NCBI GenBank assembly: GCA_037481615.1
Contig: JBBFLI010000014.1
DNA length: 64,000 nucleotides
Source: Desulfobacterales bacterium
GTDB lineage: Bacteria; Desulfobacterota; Desulfobacteria; Desulfobacterales; SpSt-501
Reading direction: 5' to 3' (one strand)
Below the pieces are notes generated by a model. That model did not search any database. It was not told where the DNA came from and saw nothing but the letters and a program-made list of their open reading frames with translations. Numbering within the stretch: position 1 is the stretch's first letter; each line of letters starts with the position of its first letter. Made by a program: the position numbers and the translations under genes. This document shows, in pieces, positions 35,969 to 44,726 of this stretch.

Positions 35969-36580
35969 ATGAGACGCACGATCAGCCTGCCCAACCTGAT
36001 CACGGTCCTGAGGATCTTCCTCACCCCCCTCTTCGTCATTCTGCTCATCCGCGGAGAGACCCTCTGGGCGCTCGGCGTCTTTCTCGCGGCCGGGGTGAGC
36101 GACGGCCTGGACGGGCTGCTCGCGCGGCTTCTCAATCAGCGCAGCACCCTCGGCGCGGTGCTCGACCCGATCGCCGACAAGCTGCTGCTCACCGCGGCGT
36201 TCATCTGTCTCGCCCTCATCGGGGGGATCCCGCCGTGGGTCGCGGTCGTCGTCATCAGCCGCGACGTCCTGATCGTGATCGGGGTCGCGGTGCTCGCCTT
36301 TGCGAACATCGCCTTCGAGATCCGGCCTTCGATCCTGAGCAAGTGGACGACCGTCTGCCAGGTGGTCCTGGTGGCCTCCGCCCTGCTCGCCCTCCAGCTT
36401 CCCGCGATCGCCCCGGCCGTCTCGCCGCTGTGCTGGGTCGCCGTCGCGTTGACCATCCTTTCCGGCCTGCACTACACATGGATCGGGCTGCATCTGTTGC
36501 AGGGCGGCTTTGCGAACGCCGCGAAAAAGCAGGGCGCCGATCCGCCGGAGGCAAGGGGCCGGCGCGGCCCGCCTGCTTGA
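35969..36580 (+). CDS. pgsA: CDP-alcohol phosphatidyltransferase (PgsA-like)
   Basis: ATG 35969. SDGLDGLLARLLNQRSTLGAVLDPIADK equals the D-G-x2-A-R-x8-G-x3-D-x3-D motif. Multi-TM. Confidence 0.85.
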   Translation: MRRTISLPNLITVLRIFLTPLFVILLIRGETLWALGVFLAAGVSDGLDGLLARLLNQRSTLGAVLDPIADKLLLTAAFICLALIGGIPPWVAVVVISRDVLIVIGVAVLAFANIAFEIRPSILSKWTTVCQVVLVASALLALQLPAIAPAVSPLCWVAVALTILSGLHYTWIGLHLLQGGFANAAKKQGADPPEARGRRGPPA

Positions 36581-36618
36581 CAGCGGAAGGGGCGGGTGCT
36601 AAGGGTGGCAATGTTTTC

Positions 36619-36693
36619 AGGCACGTAGCTCAGAGGGAGAGCACTACCCTGACACGGTAGGGGTCACGAGTTCAAATCTCGTCGTGCCTACCA
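36619..36693 (+). tRNA. tRNA-Val (anticodon GAC)
   Basis: AGGCACGTAGCTCAGAGGGAGAGCACTACCCTGACACGGTAGGGGTCACGAGTTCAAATCTCGTCGTGCCTACCA. 75 nt cloverleaf with CCA encoded. Confidence 0.95.
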
Positions 36694-36711
36694 CGAAACG
36701 CGAGGGGTTGC

Positions 36712-36736
36712 GGGGGGCTCCGCAGCCCCCTTTTTT
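36712..36736 (+). terminator. Terminator after tRNA-Val
   Basis: gggggct ccgc agccccc stem, followed by T6 (36731-36736). Confidence 0.6.
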
Positions 36737-36821
36737 CTCTCCGGACTTTCGGCGGCGGCTTCCCGCCCCGATCGCCGGGGAGGGAAAAAGGGGCCCGGGC
36801 AGGCCCCCCGGCGAGCGGGAG

Positions 36822-37169
36822 ATGGACGGCCTGAGCAACGGGAAGATCTCTCCACCTTCGGTTTCGGTCCTCATCGGCGAAGTGCAGCTGATCCTGGCCG
36901 AAAAGCGGACCGCGCTCGCCGTGATGCGGACGGGGATCGGCGTCCTGGCCCTGCCCCTGTCGGTGACGAGTGTTCTGATCGCGACCTCGAAATACTACAG
37001 TCTCTACCACGTGCTGCCGTTTATCGTTCCGCTGGGCCTTTTCTCCCTCGCCTTGACCGTCCTCGGTGTGCTCCTCGTCGTCCGATCGCTTGCGCGCATG
37101 CGCCAGTACGATCGGTTGATCCGGGAGATCAAGCGCAGGCACAGCGTGATCGCGGAACTCGTTCAATGA
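36822..37169 (+). CDS. DUF202/YidH-like small membrane protein
   Basis: ATG 36822. LAEKRTALAVMRTGIGVLALPLSV followed by a further TM helix. The upstream part of track ORF 36684.. overlaps the tRNA. Confidence 0.55.
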   Translation: MDGLSNGKISPPSVSVLIGEVQLILAEKRTALAVMRTGIGVLALPLSVTSVLIATSKYYSLYHVLPFIVPLGLFSLALTVLGVLLVVRSLARMRQYDRLIREIKRRHSVIAELVQ

Positions 37170-37233
37170 GGAGGGCGAGTTCGATGTTCGATCGGGCGGG
37201 GACCGCCCGGCGGCGACGAGGCGCGATCCCCCG

Positions 37234-38094
37234 GTGCGGGATACGACCATGACCCCCGCGGTGATGCTCGTGGTGCTGACGGCGGCGTTGCTGCACGCCT
37301 GCTGGAATTTTCTCGTCAAGCGCAACCGTGACCCCCACCTCGGCATGACCGCCGTCGTGCTGGGGCACACGCCGTTCGCCCTGGCGGCGATCTTCATCGC
37401 ACCCCCGCCCGAGGAAAAAGCCATCCCCTTCATCCTGGCCGGGGCGGTGCTGCACACGGGCTATCAGCTCTTCCTGCTCGCTTCCTATCGCCGGGGGGAC
37501 CTGAGCCAGGTCTACCCCCTCGCCCGGGGCTCGGCCCCGCTCATCGTCGCCGCGGTTTCCCTCATCCTGCTCGGCGCGCAGCTCTCGCGGCTCGAGCTGG
37601 CCGCCGTGGCCCTGATCGCCACCGGCATCATGAGCCTCGCCCTCGTCCGCCGCAGCGAGGGGCTGAGGAACGGGCGGGCCGCGGCGCTCGCCCTCGTGAC
37701 CGGCGGGTTCATCGCCTCCTATTCCCTGGTGGACGGGATGGGGGCGCGCACGGCGGGCACCGCGCTCGGTTACTACGGCTGGCTTTCCACGGCGAACGCC
37801 CTCCTCTTTGCGCTGGGGATGGGGGCCGTGCGCCCGGAAACGGTCAAGAGGGCGGTCTGGCGCGAGCCGCGTCTTTCCCTGAGCGGGGGCGGGGCCTCGT
37901 TTCTCGCCTATGCGATGGTCACGTGGGCCTTCACCCTGGCGCCGATCCCGCTCGTCACCGCGCTGCGGGAGACGAGCATTCTCTTTGCGCTGCTCCTCGG
38001 GGTGTTCTTTCTCAAGGAGCGGCTCGATCTCCTCAAGCTCTTCGCCACCCTGATCACGATGTTCGGCGTCGGGTTGCTGCGGGCCTCTCGGTAG
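37234..38094 (+). CDS. EamA/DMT-family transporter
   Basis: 286 aa with about 10 TM helices. LHACWNFLVK and YPLARGSAPL are typical of the DMT superfamily. An alternative ATG lies at 37249. Confidence 0.8.
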   Translation: MRDTTMTPAVMLVVLTAALLHACWNFLVKRNRDPHLGMTAVVLGHTPFALAAIFIAPPPEEKAIPFILAGAVLHTGYQLFLLASYRRGDLSQVYPLARGSAPLIVAAVSLILLGAQLSRLELAAVALIATGIMSLALVRRSEGLRNGRAAALALVTGGFIASYSLVDGMGARTAGTALGYYGWLSTANALLFALGMGAVRPETVKRAVWREPRLSLSGGGASFLAYAMVTWAFTLAPIPLVTALRETSILFALLLGVFFLKERLDLLKLFATLITMFGVGLLRASR

Positions 38095-38136
38095 GCGGGA
38101 CGAGGCGAGCCCGCGGGGGGCCGCCCGGGAAGGACC

Positions 38137-38412
38137 TTGAAGGAGCGACGCCCCTGGTTCCCCGCGAAGCGCTGCGGCTGGGGCTGGGGGTTTCCGGTTT
38201 CCCGGCAGGGCTGGGCGGTGCTCGCCCTCTTCGTCGGACTCACCCTCTTGGGGGCGCTCTGGCTGTCACCGGGGGCGGGAAGGGGAGCCCTGCACGGATA
38301 CCCCGCGGGACTCGCCGTCCTTTTCTCGGCCGTGTGCGGGTTCAAGGGCGGGAGGCGGGTGGGCAAGAAAAAAGACAGGGGCGTGGATGATCGACCGCAT
38401 CAGGATCCGTGA
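38137..38412 (+). CDS. Small hypothetical membrane protein
   Basis: 91 aa, TTG start. RRPWFPAKRCGWGWGFPVSRQGWAVLALFVG... has two predicted TM helices. Overlaps the GNAT start by 26 nt. Confidence 0.4.
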   Translation: MKERRPWFPAKRCGWGWGFPVSRQGWAVLALFVGLTLLGALWLSPGAGRGALHGYPAGLAVLFSAVCGFKGGRRVGKKKDRGVDDRPHQDP

Positions 38413-38899
38413 CGAAACCGGAAACGACGCTCGAGCCATTTGCGAGGTCACCGTCGCCGCCTTCAGAACCCTTGCGGTCAGCCGCCAGACCGAGCATTTC
38501 ATCATCGCCGCGCTGCGCGAGGCCGGGGCCCTCTCGGTTTCACTCGTCGCCGATCTGAGCGGGCGAGTGGTCGGTCACCTGGCCCTCTCGCCCGTCCGCA
38601 TCTCGGACGGCACGGACAGCTGGTATGGCATGGGGCCCGTTTCCGTCTTGCCGGAATTCCAGCGGCGGGGCGTCGGCAAGGCCCTCGTCCGGGAGGGACT
38701 CTCCCGGCTGAAAGCGAGGGGGGCCGGCGGATGCTGTCTCGTGGGCCACCCCCCGTACTACGCGCTTTTCGGTTTCGCCCCGCTTCAAGGGCTGCTGCTC
38801 CCCGGTGCGCCCCCGGAGTTTTTCCTGGCGCTATCGTTCGACCCCCGCCCGCCGCAGGGGATCGTCACGTTCCACGAGGCGTTTCAGGCCGCGGGTTGA
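38387..38899 (+). CDS. GNAT-family N-acetyltransferase
   Basis: 170 aa. Acetyl-CoA motif LPEFQRRGVGKALVREGL. Confidence 0.8.
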   Translation: MIDRIRIRDETGNDARAICEVTVAAFRTLAVSRQTEHFIIAALREAGALSVSLVADLSGRVVGHLALSPVRISDGTDSWYGMGPVSVLPEFQRRGVGKALVREGLSRLKARGAGGCCLVGHPPYYALFGFAPLQGLLLPGAPPEFFLALSFDPRPPQGIVTFHEAFQAAG

Positions 38900-39401
38900 A
38901 GGGTGGGATGGGCTCGCGCGCCAAGGGCTCCGTCCAGGGGCGTCGGGCGAGCATTGCGGCGAGCTGGGCGAGGAGAAAGGCCGTCGCCGCCCCGAGGTGC
39001 ACGAGGTCGACGGCGATCACCGCTGCATCGGAGAGGAAGACCCCGGGGAAATTCTTGACCACGATCAGGCCGCCGGAGAGGACGAGCACGGTGAGAATCC
39101 CCGCCCGCAGGGCCCCCGAGCGGGTGAGGCGGCGTCGCGCCCGGGGGGAAAAGAGGTGGCGCGCCGTCCGGTGAGCGAGCAGGCCGAGGAACAGGGCGGC
39201 GGCCGCGTAGTGGACGAAACGCGTCGCCCAGTAGTCGGCGAGCCAGCCGAAGCCGGGAAGGTCGCTCAGGTAGTAGCGGTTGTAGATCGGAAGCTGCCCG
39301 AAACCCGTCAGGGCGAGGACGAAGACCAGTCCCCGGAAAACAAAGCGTGCGGGGCCCCCCGGCCTTATCCGGATCGCAGGGCGCAGGGCGTCAGTCGCCA
39401 T
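38865..39401 (-). CDS. Four-helix membrane protein, possibly a cytochrome b-like subunit
   Basis: 178 aa with four hydrophobic helices carrying His residues (FVHYAAAALFLGLLAH; VDLVHLGAAT). The start overlaps the stop of the FeS subunit by 11 nt. Confidence 0.5.
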   Translation of the reverse strand: MATDALRPAIRIRPGGPARFVFRGLVFVLALTGFGQLPIYNRYYLSDLPGFGWLADYWATRFVHYAAAALFLGLLAHRTARHLFSPRARRRLTRSGALRAGILTVLVLSGGLIVVKNFPGVFLSDAAVIAVDLVHLGAATAFLLAQLAAMLARRPWTEPLAREPIPPFNPRPETPRGT

Positions 39402-40359
39402 GGGTTTCCTCCTTGGCCTCCCTTTCTCGCGCCCGGGATACCAGACGCAGGAAAGCGCCCGCCGCCCCGGCGAAGGGGGCGATGGCCAGGGCGGCCGCGA
39501 GGCGGTTCGCCTCGTCCATCGTGTCGGGGACGGGCTCGAGGTGCGGGCGGCCCTCCCCTTTCTCGATCCCGCGGTTCAGCTCCGCGAAGGGGACGGGGGA
39601 GACGTAGATCGTGTTCGTCCCGCCGTTCTCCTTCTCGCCGTAGATGAAGCCCCCGATCTCTTCGGCGATCGCGTGCGCCCGGGCGATGATCTCCTTTCGC
39701 GGGCCGATCGTCTGGACGCCCTCCGGGCAGGCTTCGATGCAGGCGGGGATCTCGCCCGCCGCCACCCGCTCCCAGCAGCGGTCGCACTTGTACATCACCC
39801 CGTTCCCGGCGAAGGAGGGGGCGAGCCTCAGGTAGAGTCCCACCCCCGTCTGCCGCTGCGGGATGTCCCAGGGGCAGACGCTCCGGCATTTCGAGCCCCC
39901 GAGGCAGATCTCGGGGTCGATGCGGGAGATGCCGTTCGGCAGCTGCTTCGCCGCGCCCCAGGGGCAGAGCTTGACGCAGGGCGGGTTCGTGCAGTGCATG
40001 CAGCGCCGCGGCAGGGTGAGTTCGGTCTCGCGCCCGCCGATCACCACCCGCGCGCGCTGGATGAAGAGCCAGTTGTAGGGGGTGAGGCGGTCGTCCACCT
40101 CGCGCCGCCCCGACCAGTCCGCGGCCTTGACCCGCGAGGGGTACATCTTCGGGAAGGGCTTTTGCGGCTCGGGGAACTTCGCCGCGTTCGCCCCGCGGCA
40201 GGCCTCGACGCACGCCCCGCAGCCGACGCATTTGCGGATGTCGATCAGCGTGGCGAGCGCAGCGTCGGCCCCGGCGGAGGCTTCGGTTGCGGGCGTGGCG
40301 GCGAGCGCCGCGGCGGCGGCCAGGGTGCCTTTGAGAAAGGCGCGACGGGAAATCGGCAT
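39391..40359 (-). CDS. Tat-exported 4x[4Fe-4S] ferredoxin subunit (DmsB/FdnH/HybA-like) with C-terminal anchor
   Basis: 322 aa. SRRAFLKG twin-arginine signal. CVGCGACVEAC, CMHCTNPPCVKLCP, CLGGSKCRSVCP and CDRCWERV...PACIEACP clusters. Hydrophobic C-terminal helix. Confidence 0.85.
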   Translation of the reverse strand: MPISRRAFLKGTLAAAAALAATPATEASAGADAALATLIDIRKCVGCGACVEACRGANAAKFPEPQKPFPKMYPSRVKAADWSGRREVDDRLTPYNWLFIQRARVVIGGRETELTLPRRCMHCTNPPCVKLCPWGAAKQLPNGISRIDPEICLGGSKCRSVCPWDIPQRQTGVGLYLRLAPSFAGNGVMYKCDRCWERVAAGEIPACIEACPEGVQTIGPRKEIIARAHAIAEEIGGFIYGEKENGGTNTIYVSPVPFAELNRGIEKGEGRPHLEPVPDTMDEANRLAAALAIAPFAGAAGAFLRLVSRAREREAKEETHGD

Positions 40360-40501
40360 GGAAACTCCTCCCCGGGAAATTTACAGCCCCACTTTTCGGA
40401 GCCGCCGCCGCGAAAAAGGTTACAAACGGTTTCCCGCCTTGCACCCGCGGGCGGGCTCTGTTAGGGGAAGAGGATCATCGGCTGCAGGGAGGGGCCGGGG
40501 C

Positions 40502-40921
40502 ATGTACGGACAGCAGCTCACCGTGTTGACGGGGAACAGCGCCCGGGACGTGGGGCGGGTCTTTTCGCTCCTCGGCGAAGCCGGGATCGACGTGCGCGCC
40601 CATTGCCTCGTCGACAACGGCGAAATCCACGCCAAGCTGCGGCTGATCGTCTCCGAGCCCGAGCGGGCGGTCGCGGCGCTCGCCGCCGCCAAGCTCACCG
40701 CGGTCCTGAACGATGTCGTCGTGATCGAGGCCGAAGACCGCCCCGGCGCCCTGGGGCGCATCCTGGATGCCCTCTCGGGGGAGGCGGTCGCCGTGGCTTA
40801 CACTTACACGGCGGTCAGCCACCGGCCGGGGGCGGCCGTGATGGTCTTTCGCTTCTCCGACAACGCCCGGGCCGAGGAGTTGCTGCGGCGCAAGGGGATC
40901 CGCACCCTTTCGGCCGCCTAG
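40502..40921 (+). CDS. Tandem ACT-domain protein
   Basis: ATG 40502. Two approximately 65-aa repeats (LTVLTGNSARDVGRVFSLLGEAGIDV...; VVIEAEDRPGALGRILDALSGEAVAV...). Confidence 0.7.
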   Translation: MYGQQLTVLTGNSARDVGRVFSLLGEAGIDVRAHCLVDNGEIHAKLRLIVSEPERAVAALAAAKLTAVLNDVVVIEAEDRPGALGRILDALSGEAVAVAYTYTAVSHRPGAAVMVFRFSDNARAEELLRRKGIRTLSAA

Positions 40922-40922
40922 T

Positions 40923-41798
40923 TCATCCGCCCGCCTGCTGGATCCCCTCGAGTTTCCAGAAGGAATCCCCGCCTTTCGCATCGCGGCTGAAGTGCCAGAG
41001 TTCGCGCACCGGCCGGGCGGCCTCGGAGGCTTCCTCGCGCAGCATCGCGTCGTAGAGGACCGAGACCACGATCTTGCCGTCGATCTCGCGCACTTCCTGG
41101 ATCTCGGGGTGGACGAGCAGGATGTCGGTCTTCCCCGGCCGCGGGTCTTCTTCCGCCTGGCGCCGGATCTCCTCGAAAACCTCGGGGGTGGTGAAGGCGC
41201 GGATGTCCTCGAGATCGCGTCGATCCCAGGAGGCCTGCAGGCGGTTGTAGATCAGGCGCGCGCCTTTCAGGAACTCCTCCGCGTCGAACCCCTCGGGGTA
41301 GGCGGGCGATGAGGCCTGCGCCGCGGCGGAGGTCCCGCCCCCGATCCCCCACGGATCCGGCTCCCCGCGGGTGAAGGCCGGGGGACCGGCGAGTCCGCCC
41401 CCGGCCGGCGCGGTGCGGCGGGCCCGCAGCAGCCGGAAGAGGAGATAGAGCCCGCCCCCGAAGACGACGAGGTCGAGCAGCCCCGGGCCGCCCCAGGCGT
41501 GGCCGCCGCCGAAGAGCAGCGAGCCGATCAGCCCGCCCATGAGGATTCCCCCCAGCATGCCGCCGAAGCCGCCGAAGGCGGGCTGCGGGGAGACCGCAGG
41601 CTGCGCGGCCCCGGGCCGCGGGGCGGCGGGGGAGGGCGAAGGGGAGGGGAGGGGGGCGCTCCGCTGGTAGCTCGGGCGGCTGCCGAAGGATTTGCCGCCG
41701 CCCAGGCGGGCGGCCTCGGCCGCCTGTTCCAGAAGGACGAAGAAGGGTACGGCGAGCGCGGCGGCGCCGAACAGCATGGACAGGGTGCTTCGTTTCAT
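40923..41798 (-). CDS. Tim44-like domain membrane protein
   Basis: ATG 41798 (MKRSTLSMLFGAAALAV...). Signal, Gly-rich TM, and C-terminal FDAEEFLKGARLIYNRLQASWDRRDLEDIRAFTTPEVFEEI... resembling Tim44-like domains. Confidence 0.7.
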   Translation of the reverse strand: MKRSTLSMLFGAAALAVPFFVLLEQAAEAARLGGGKSFGSRPSYQRSAPLPSPSPSPAAPRPGAAQPAVSPQPAFGGFGGMLGGILMGGLIGSLLFGGGHAWGGPGLLDLVVFGGGLYLLFRLLRARRTAPAGGGLAGPPAFTRGEPDPWGIGGGTSAAAQASSPAYPEGFDAEEFLKGARLIYNRLQASWDRRDLEDIRAFTTPEVFEEIRRQAEEDPRPGKTDILLVHPEIQEVREIDGKIVVSVLYDAMLREEASEAARPVRELWHFSRDAKGGDSFWKLEGIQQAGG

Positions 41799-41841
41799 CG
41801 GCTCTGCATTTCCTCCGGTCGATTTTTTTGTGATCGTTTGT

Positions 41842-41856
41842 TTACCAGACTGGTAA
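41842..41856. promoter_or_regulatory. Perfect 15-bp palindrome, candidate operator
   Basis: TTACCAGACTGGTAA (7-1-7 inverted repeat), 44-58 nt upstream of the Tim44-like start, in the 106-nt gap after coaBC. Confidence 0.4.
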
Positions 41857-41904
41857 CACGACCCGCGCCGCTCGTCAATCCGGCCGTGCGGGGCGAAGGG
41901 GGCT

Positions 41905-43134
41905 TCAGCGGGAGGCGAGCAGGGGCAGGATGCGGTCGAGGACGGCCTCGGCGACCTCACGCTTGGCAAGCAGCGGCAGGGTTTCCACCCCGCCGCGGGG
42001 GTCGAGGATCGCCACCCGATTCGTCTCCGCCTCGAAGCCGCTTCCCGGGGCACTGACGTCGTTGGCGACGATCAGGTCGAGCCCCTTTTTCTCGAGCTTT
42101 TGGCGCGCGTTCTGCAGGAGTTCCTCGGTCTCGGCGGCGAAGCCCACGACGACGGCCGGCCCCTGCCCCCCGCGCCGCCGCTCGCCGACGAGCGACAGGA
42201 TGTCCTCGGTGCGCACGAGCTCGAGGCGGGCGGACTCGGCCTCCTTCTTGATCTTCTGCTCCGCCGCGACCCGCGGCCGGTAGTCGGCGACCGCCGCGGC
42301 CATGAGCAGGACGTCGGCGCGGGCGCAGGCCTCGAGCACCGCCTCCTTCATCTGCGCCGCGGTGCCGACGGCGACGGCCTCGACCCCGTAGGGCACCTCC
42401 AGGGCGAGGGGCCCGTGGATCAGGGTCACGTGCGCCCCGCGGTCGCGGGCCGCGCGGGCGAGGGCCAGGCCCATCCGGCCGCTGCTGCGGTTGCCGATGA
42501 AGCGCACGGGGTCGATCGGCTCGCGCGTCCCCCCCGCGGTCACGACCACCCTTTTGCCGGCGAGCGGCCCGCTGCGGCCGAGCACCCAGCAGGCCGCCTC
42601 CAGGAGGGTCCCGGGTTCGGCCATGCGGCCCTCGCCCACGCCCCCCGAGGCCAGCCGCCCCTTTTCCGGCCCCACGACGAAGGCGCCGCGGGAAACGAGG
42701 GTGGCGAGGTTCGCGCGCGTCGCCGGGTGATCCCACATGCCCGACTCCATGGCCGGGGCGAGAAGAAGCGGGCCGCGGCAGGCGAGCGCGGTGGTGACGA
42801 GGAGGTTGTCGGCCAGCCCGCAGGCGAGCCGGGCGAGGGTGTTGGCGGTCGCCGGGGCGACGATCATGAGGGCGGCGCGCTTTCCGAGCGCGACGTGGCC
42901 GATCTCGCGGTCCTGGAGGAGCGAGAACATCTCGGTCGCCACCGGCCGCTGGGTGAGGGCCTGGAAGGTGAGCGGCCGGACGAACTCGGCGGCGGCGGGG
43001 GTCATCACCACCTCGACCTCGGCTCCAGCCTGGACGAGGCGGCTCGCCAGATCGGCCGCCTTGTAGGCGGCGATCCCGCCGCTCACGCCGAGGACGAGGC
43101 AGCGTTTGTCCAGCACCGGGATGGTCGTCTCCAT
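41905..43134 (-). CDS. coaBC: Bifunctional phosphopantothenoylcysteine decarboxylase / phosphopantothenate-cysteine ligase
   Basis: 409 aa. LVLGVSGGIAAYKAADL flavoprotein N-terminus and CoaB C-terminal half (ITAGGTREPIDPVRFIGNRSSG). Confidence 0.95.
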   Translation of the reverse strand: METTIPVLDKRCLVLGVSGGIAAYKAADLASRLVQAGAEVEVVMTPAAAEFVRPLTFQALTQRPVATEMFSLLQDREIGHVALGKRAALMIVAPATANTLARLACGLADNLLVTTALACRGPLLLAPAMESGMWDHPATRANLATLVSRGAFVVGPEKGRLASGGVGEGRMAEPGTLLEAACWVLGRSGPLAGKRVVVTAGGTREPIDPVRFIGNRSSGRMGLALARAARDRGAHVTLIHGPLALEVPYGVEAVAVGTAAQMKEAVLEACARADVLLMAAAVADYRPRVAAEQKIKKEAESARLELVRTEDILSLVGERRRGGQGPAVVVGFAAETEELLQNARQKLEKKGLDLIVANDVSAPGSGFEAETNRVAILDPRGGVETLPLLAKREVAEAVLDRILPLLASR

Positions 43135-43159
43135 GGGGCTCCTTCCGGGGGGGGCGGGG

Positions 43160-43927
43160 TCAGCGGTTCATCTCGTAGACCATCCGCAGCCCTTCGAGGG
43201 TGAGCATCGGGTCGACCTTCTCGATCACGCGCGCCTGCTCGGCGAGCAGCGCGGCCATGCCGCCGGTGGCGATGACCCGGGCCTCGCCCCCCAACTCGGC
43301 GCGCAGCCGGCCGACCAGCCCGTCGATCAGGCCGACATAGCCCAGGACCAGGCCCGACTGCATGGCGTGCACGGTGTTGCGGCCGATGGCGGCCGGCGGG
43401 GCCGTGAGCTCGATCCGGGGCAGCTTGGCCGTACGGGCGAAGAGCGCCTCGGCCGCGATCCCGAGCCCCGGCGCGATGGCCCCGCCGAGGTAGTGCCCCT
43501 CGCGGGAGAGGGCGTCGAAGGTGGTCGCCGTGCCGAAGTCGACCACGATACAGGGGCAGCCGTAGAGGCTCTTGGCGGCCACGGCGTTCAGGATGCGGTC
43601 GGCGCCGAGCTCCGCGGGGTAGTCGATGCGGATCTCGACCCCGGTGCGCAGGCGGTGGGAGACGACGAGGGGCTCGAGGCCGAGGTAGCGGCGGCTGAGT
43701 TCGACGAAGACCGGAGTGACCGGCGGGACGACGCTCGAGAGGGCGACCCCGGTGAGCTGCGACCAGGAGAGGCCGCGGAATTCGAAGAAGCTGCGCAGCA
43801 GCATGGCGTACTCGTCGGCCAGCCGCGCGCGGTCGGTCGCGGCCCGCCAGTGGGCGAGCCAGCCGGAGCCCTCCCCGTGAACGCCGAAAGAGGTGTTCGT
43901 GTTGTTCACGTTGACGGCGAGCAGCAT
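43160..43927 (-). CDS. coaX: Type III pantothenate kinase
   Basis: 255 aa. MLLAVNVNNTNTSFGV..., IVVDFGTATTFD and IATGGMA are ASKHA motifs of CoaX. Confidence 0.9.
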   Translation of the reverse strand: MLLAVNVNNTNTSFGVHGEGSGWLAHWRAATDRARLADEYAMLLRSFFEFRGLSWSQLTGVALSSVVPPVTPVFVELSRRYLGLEPLVVSHRLRTGVEIRIDYPAELGADRILNAVAAKSLYGCPCIVVDFGTATTFDALSREGHYLGGAIAPGLGIAAEALFARTAKLPRIELTAPPAAIGRNTVHAMQSGLVLGYVGLIDGLVGRLRAELGGEARVIATGGMAALLAEQARVIEKVDPMLTLEGLRMVYEMNR

Positions 43928-43971
43928 GGGCCTCTTCTATCCGCGCCGCCCCGGGATTGCAACCCCGGCGC

Positions 43972-44709
43972 TCAGGCGGCGGGGCCGTGCCGGTGGGGGC
44001 GGTCCCCCAGCCGGTGGGCGTGCACGTGCCGGTGGAGCGCCTCCCCGTCGACCCCGCAGATGCGCCCCGCCTCGAGGGTGAGCAGCCGGTCGCACAGCGC
44101 GGTCAGCAGGTCGATGTCGTGGGAGATGATCGCCCGGGGGATGGCGAGCCCCTCGAGCACCTCGACCAGCCGCAGGCGCGTGCGGGAGTCGAGACCGTTT
44201 TCGGGCTCGTCGAGAAGCAGCGCCTCGGGCTCCATCGCGAGCACCGCGGCGAGCGAAACCAGCCGCTTTTCGCCGCCGGAGAGTTTGAAGCCGATCCGGT
44301 CCTCGAAGCCCTCGAGCCCCAGGGCGGCGAGCGTTCGCCGGGCTGCGGCCAGGGCCTCCTGCCGCGATCGGCCGAGGTTGAGGGGGCCGAAGGCGACGTC
44401 TTCGATCACCGTGGGGCAGAAGAGCTGGTCCTCGGGGTCCTGGAAGACGAGCCCGATGCGCCGGCGGACCTCGAGAAAGTCGGCCTCCGCGCGTCGGGGT
44501 TTCCCGAAGACGCGGATCTCGCCCGCCTGGGGCCGCAGCAGCCCCATGATCAGAAGAAAAAGGGTCGTCTTGCCGCTGCCGTTCGGCGCAAGGATCCCGA
44601 CGCGCTCGCCCGGCCCGAGGGCGAAGTCGAGGCCTTCCAGGATCGGCTTCGCGCCCGGGTAGCCGAAGCGGACGCCCTGCAGGGCGATGATCGGCGCGGA
44701 GGCGTCCAT
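43972..44709 (-). CDS. nikO: ECF transporter ATPase (CbiO/NikO)
   Basis: ATG 44709. Walker A APNGSGKTT, signature LSGGEKR, Walker B LLLDEP. Confidence 0.85.
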   Translation of the reverse strand: MDASAPIIALQGVRFGYPGAKPILEGLDFALGPGERVGILAPNGSGKTTLFLLIMGLLRPQAGEIRVFGKPRRAEADFLEVRRRIGLVFQDPEDQLFCPTVIEDVAFGPLNLGRSRQEALAAARRTLAALGLEGFEDRIGFKLSGGEKRLVSLAAVLAMEPEALLLDEPENGLDSRTRLRLVEVLEGLAIPRAIISHDIDLLTALCDRLLTLEAGRICGVDGEALHRHVHAHRLGDRPHRHGPAA

Positions 44710-44726
44710 CGGTTTTTTCGGCCCTT

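Noticed and set aside
36619-40400. tRNA-Val as the attachment site of a genomic island (DUF202, EamA, GNAT, FeS/cytochrome-b-like genes)
   Set aside because: There is no integrase or recombinase gene. By eye I found no direct repeat of the tRNA 3' end downstream, and base composition is the same as the flanks.
41799-41815. Four-codon mini-ORF (MQSR) overlapping the Tim44-like start as a leader peptide
   Set aside because: The SD-to-ATG spacing is only about 1 nt for the mini-ORF. It is too short and unsupported to call.
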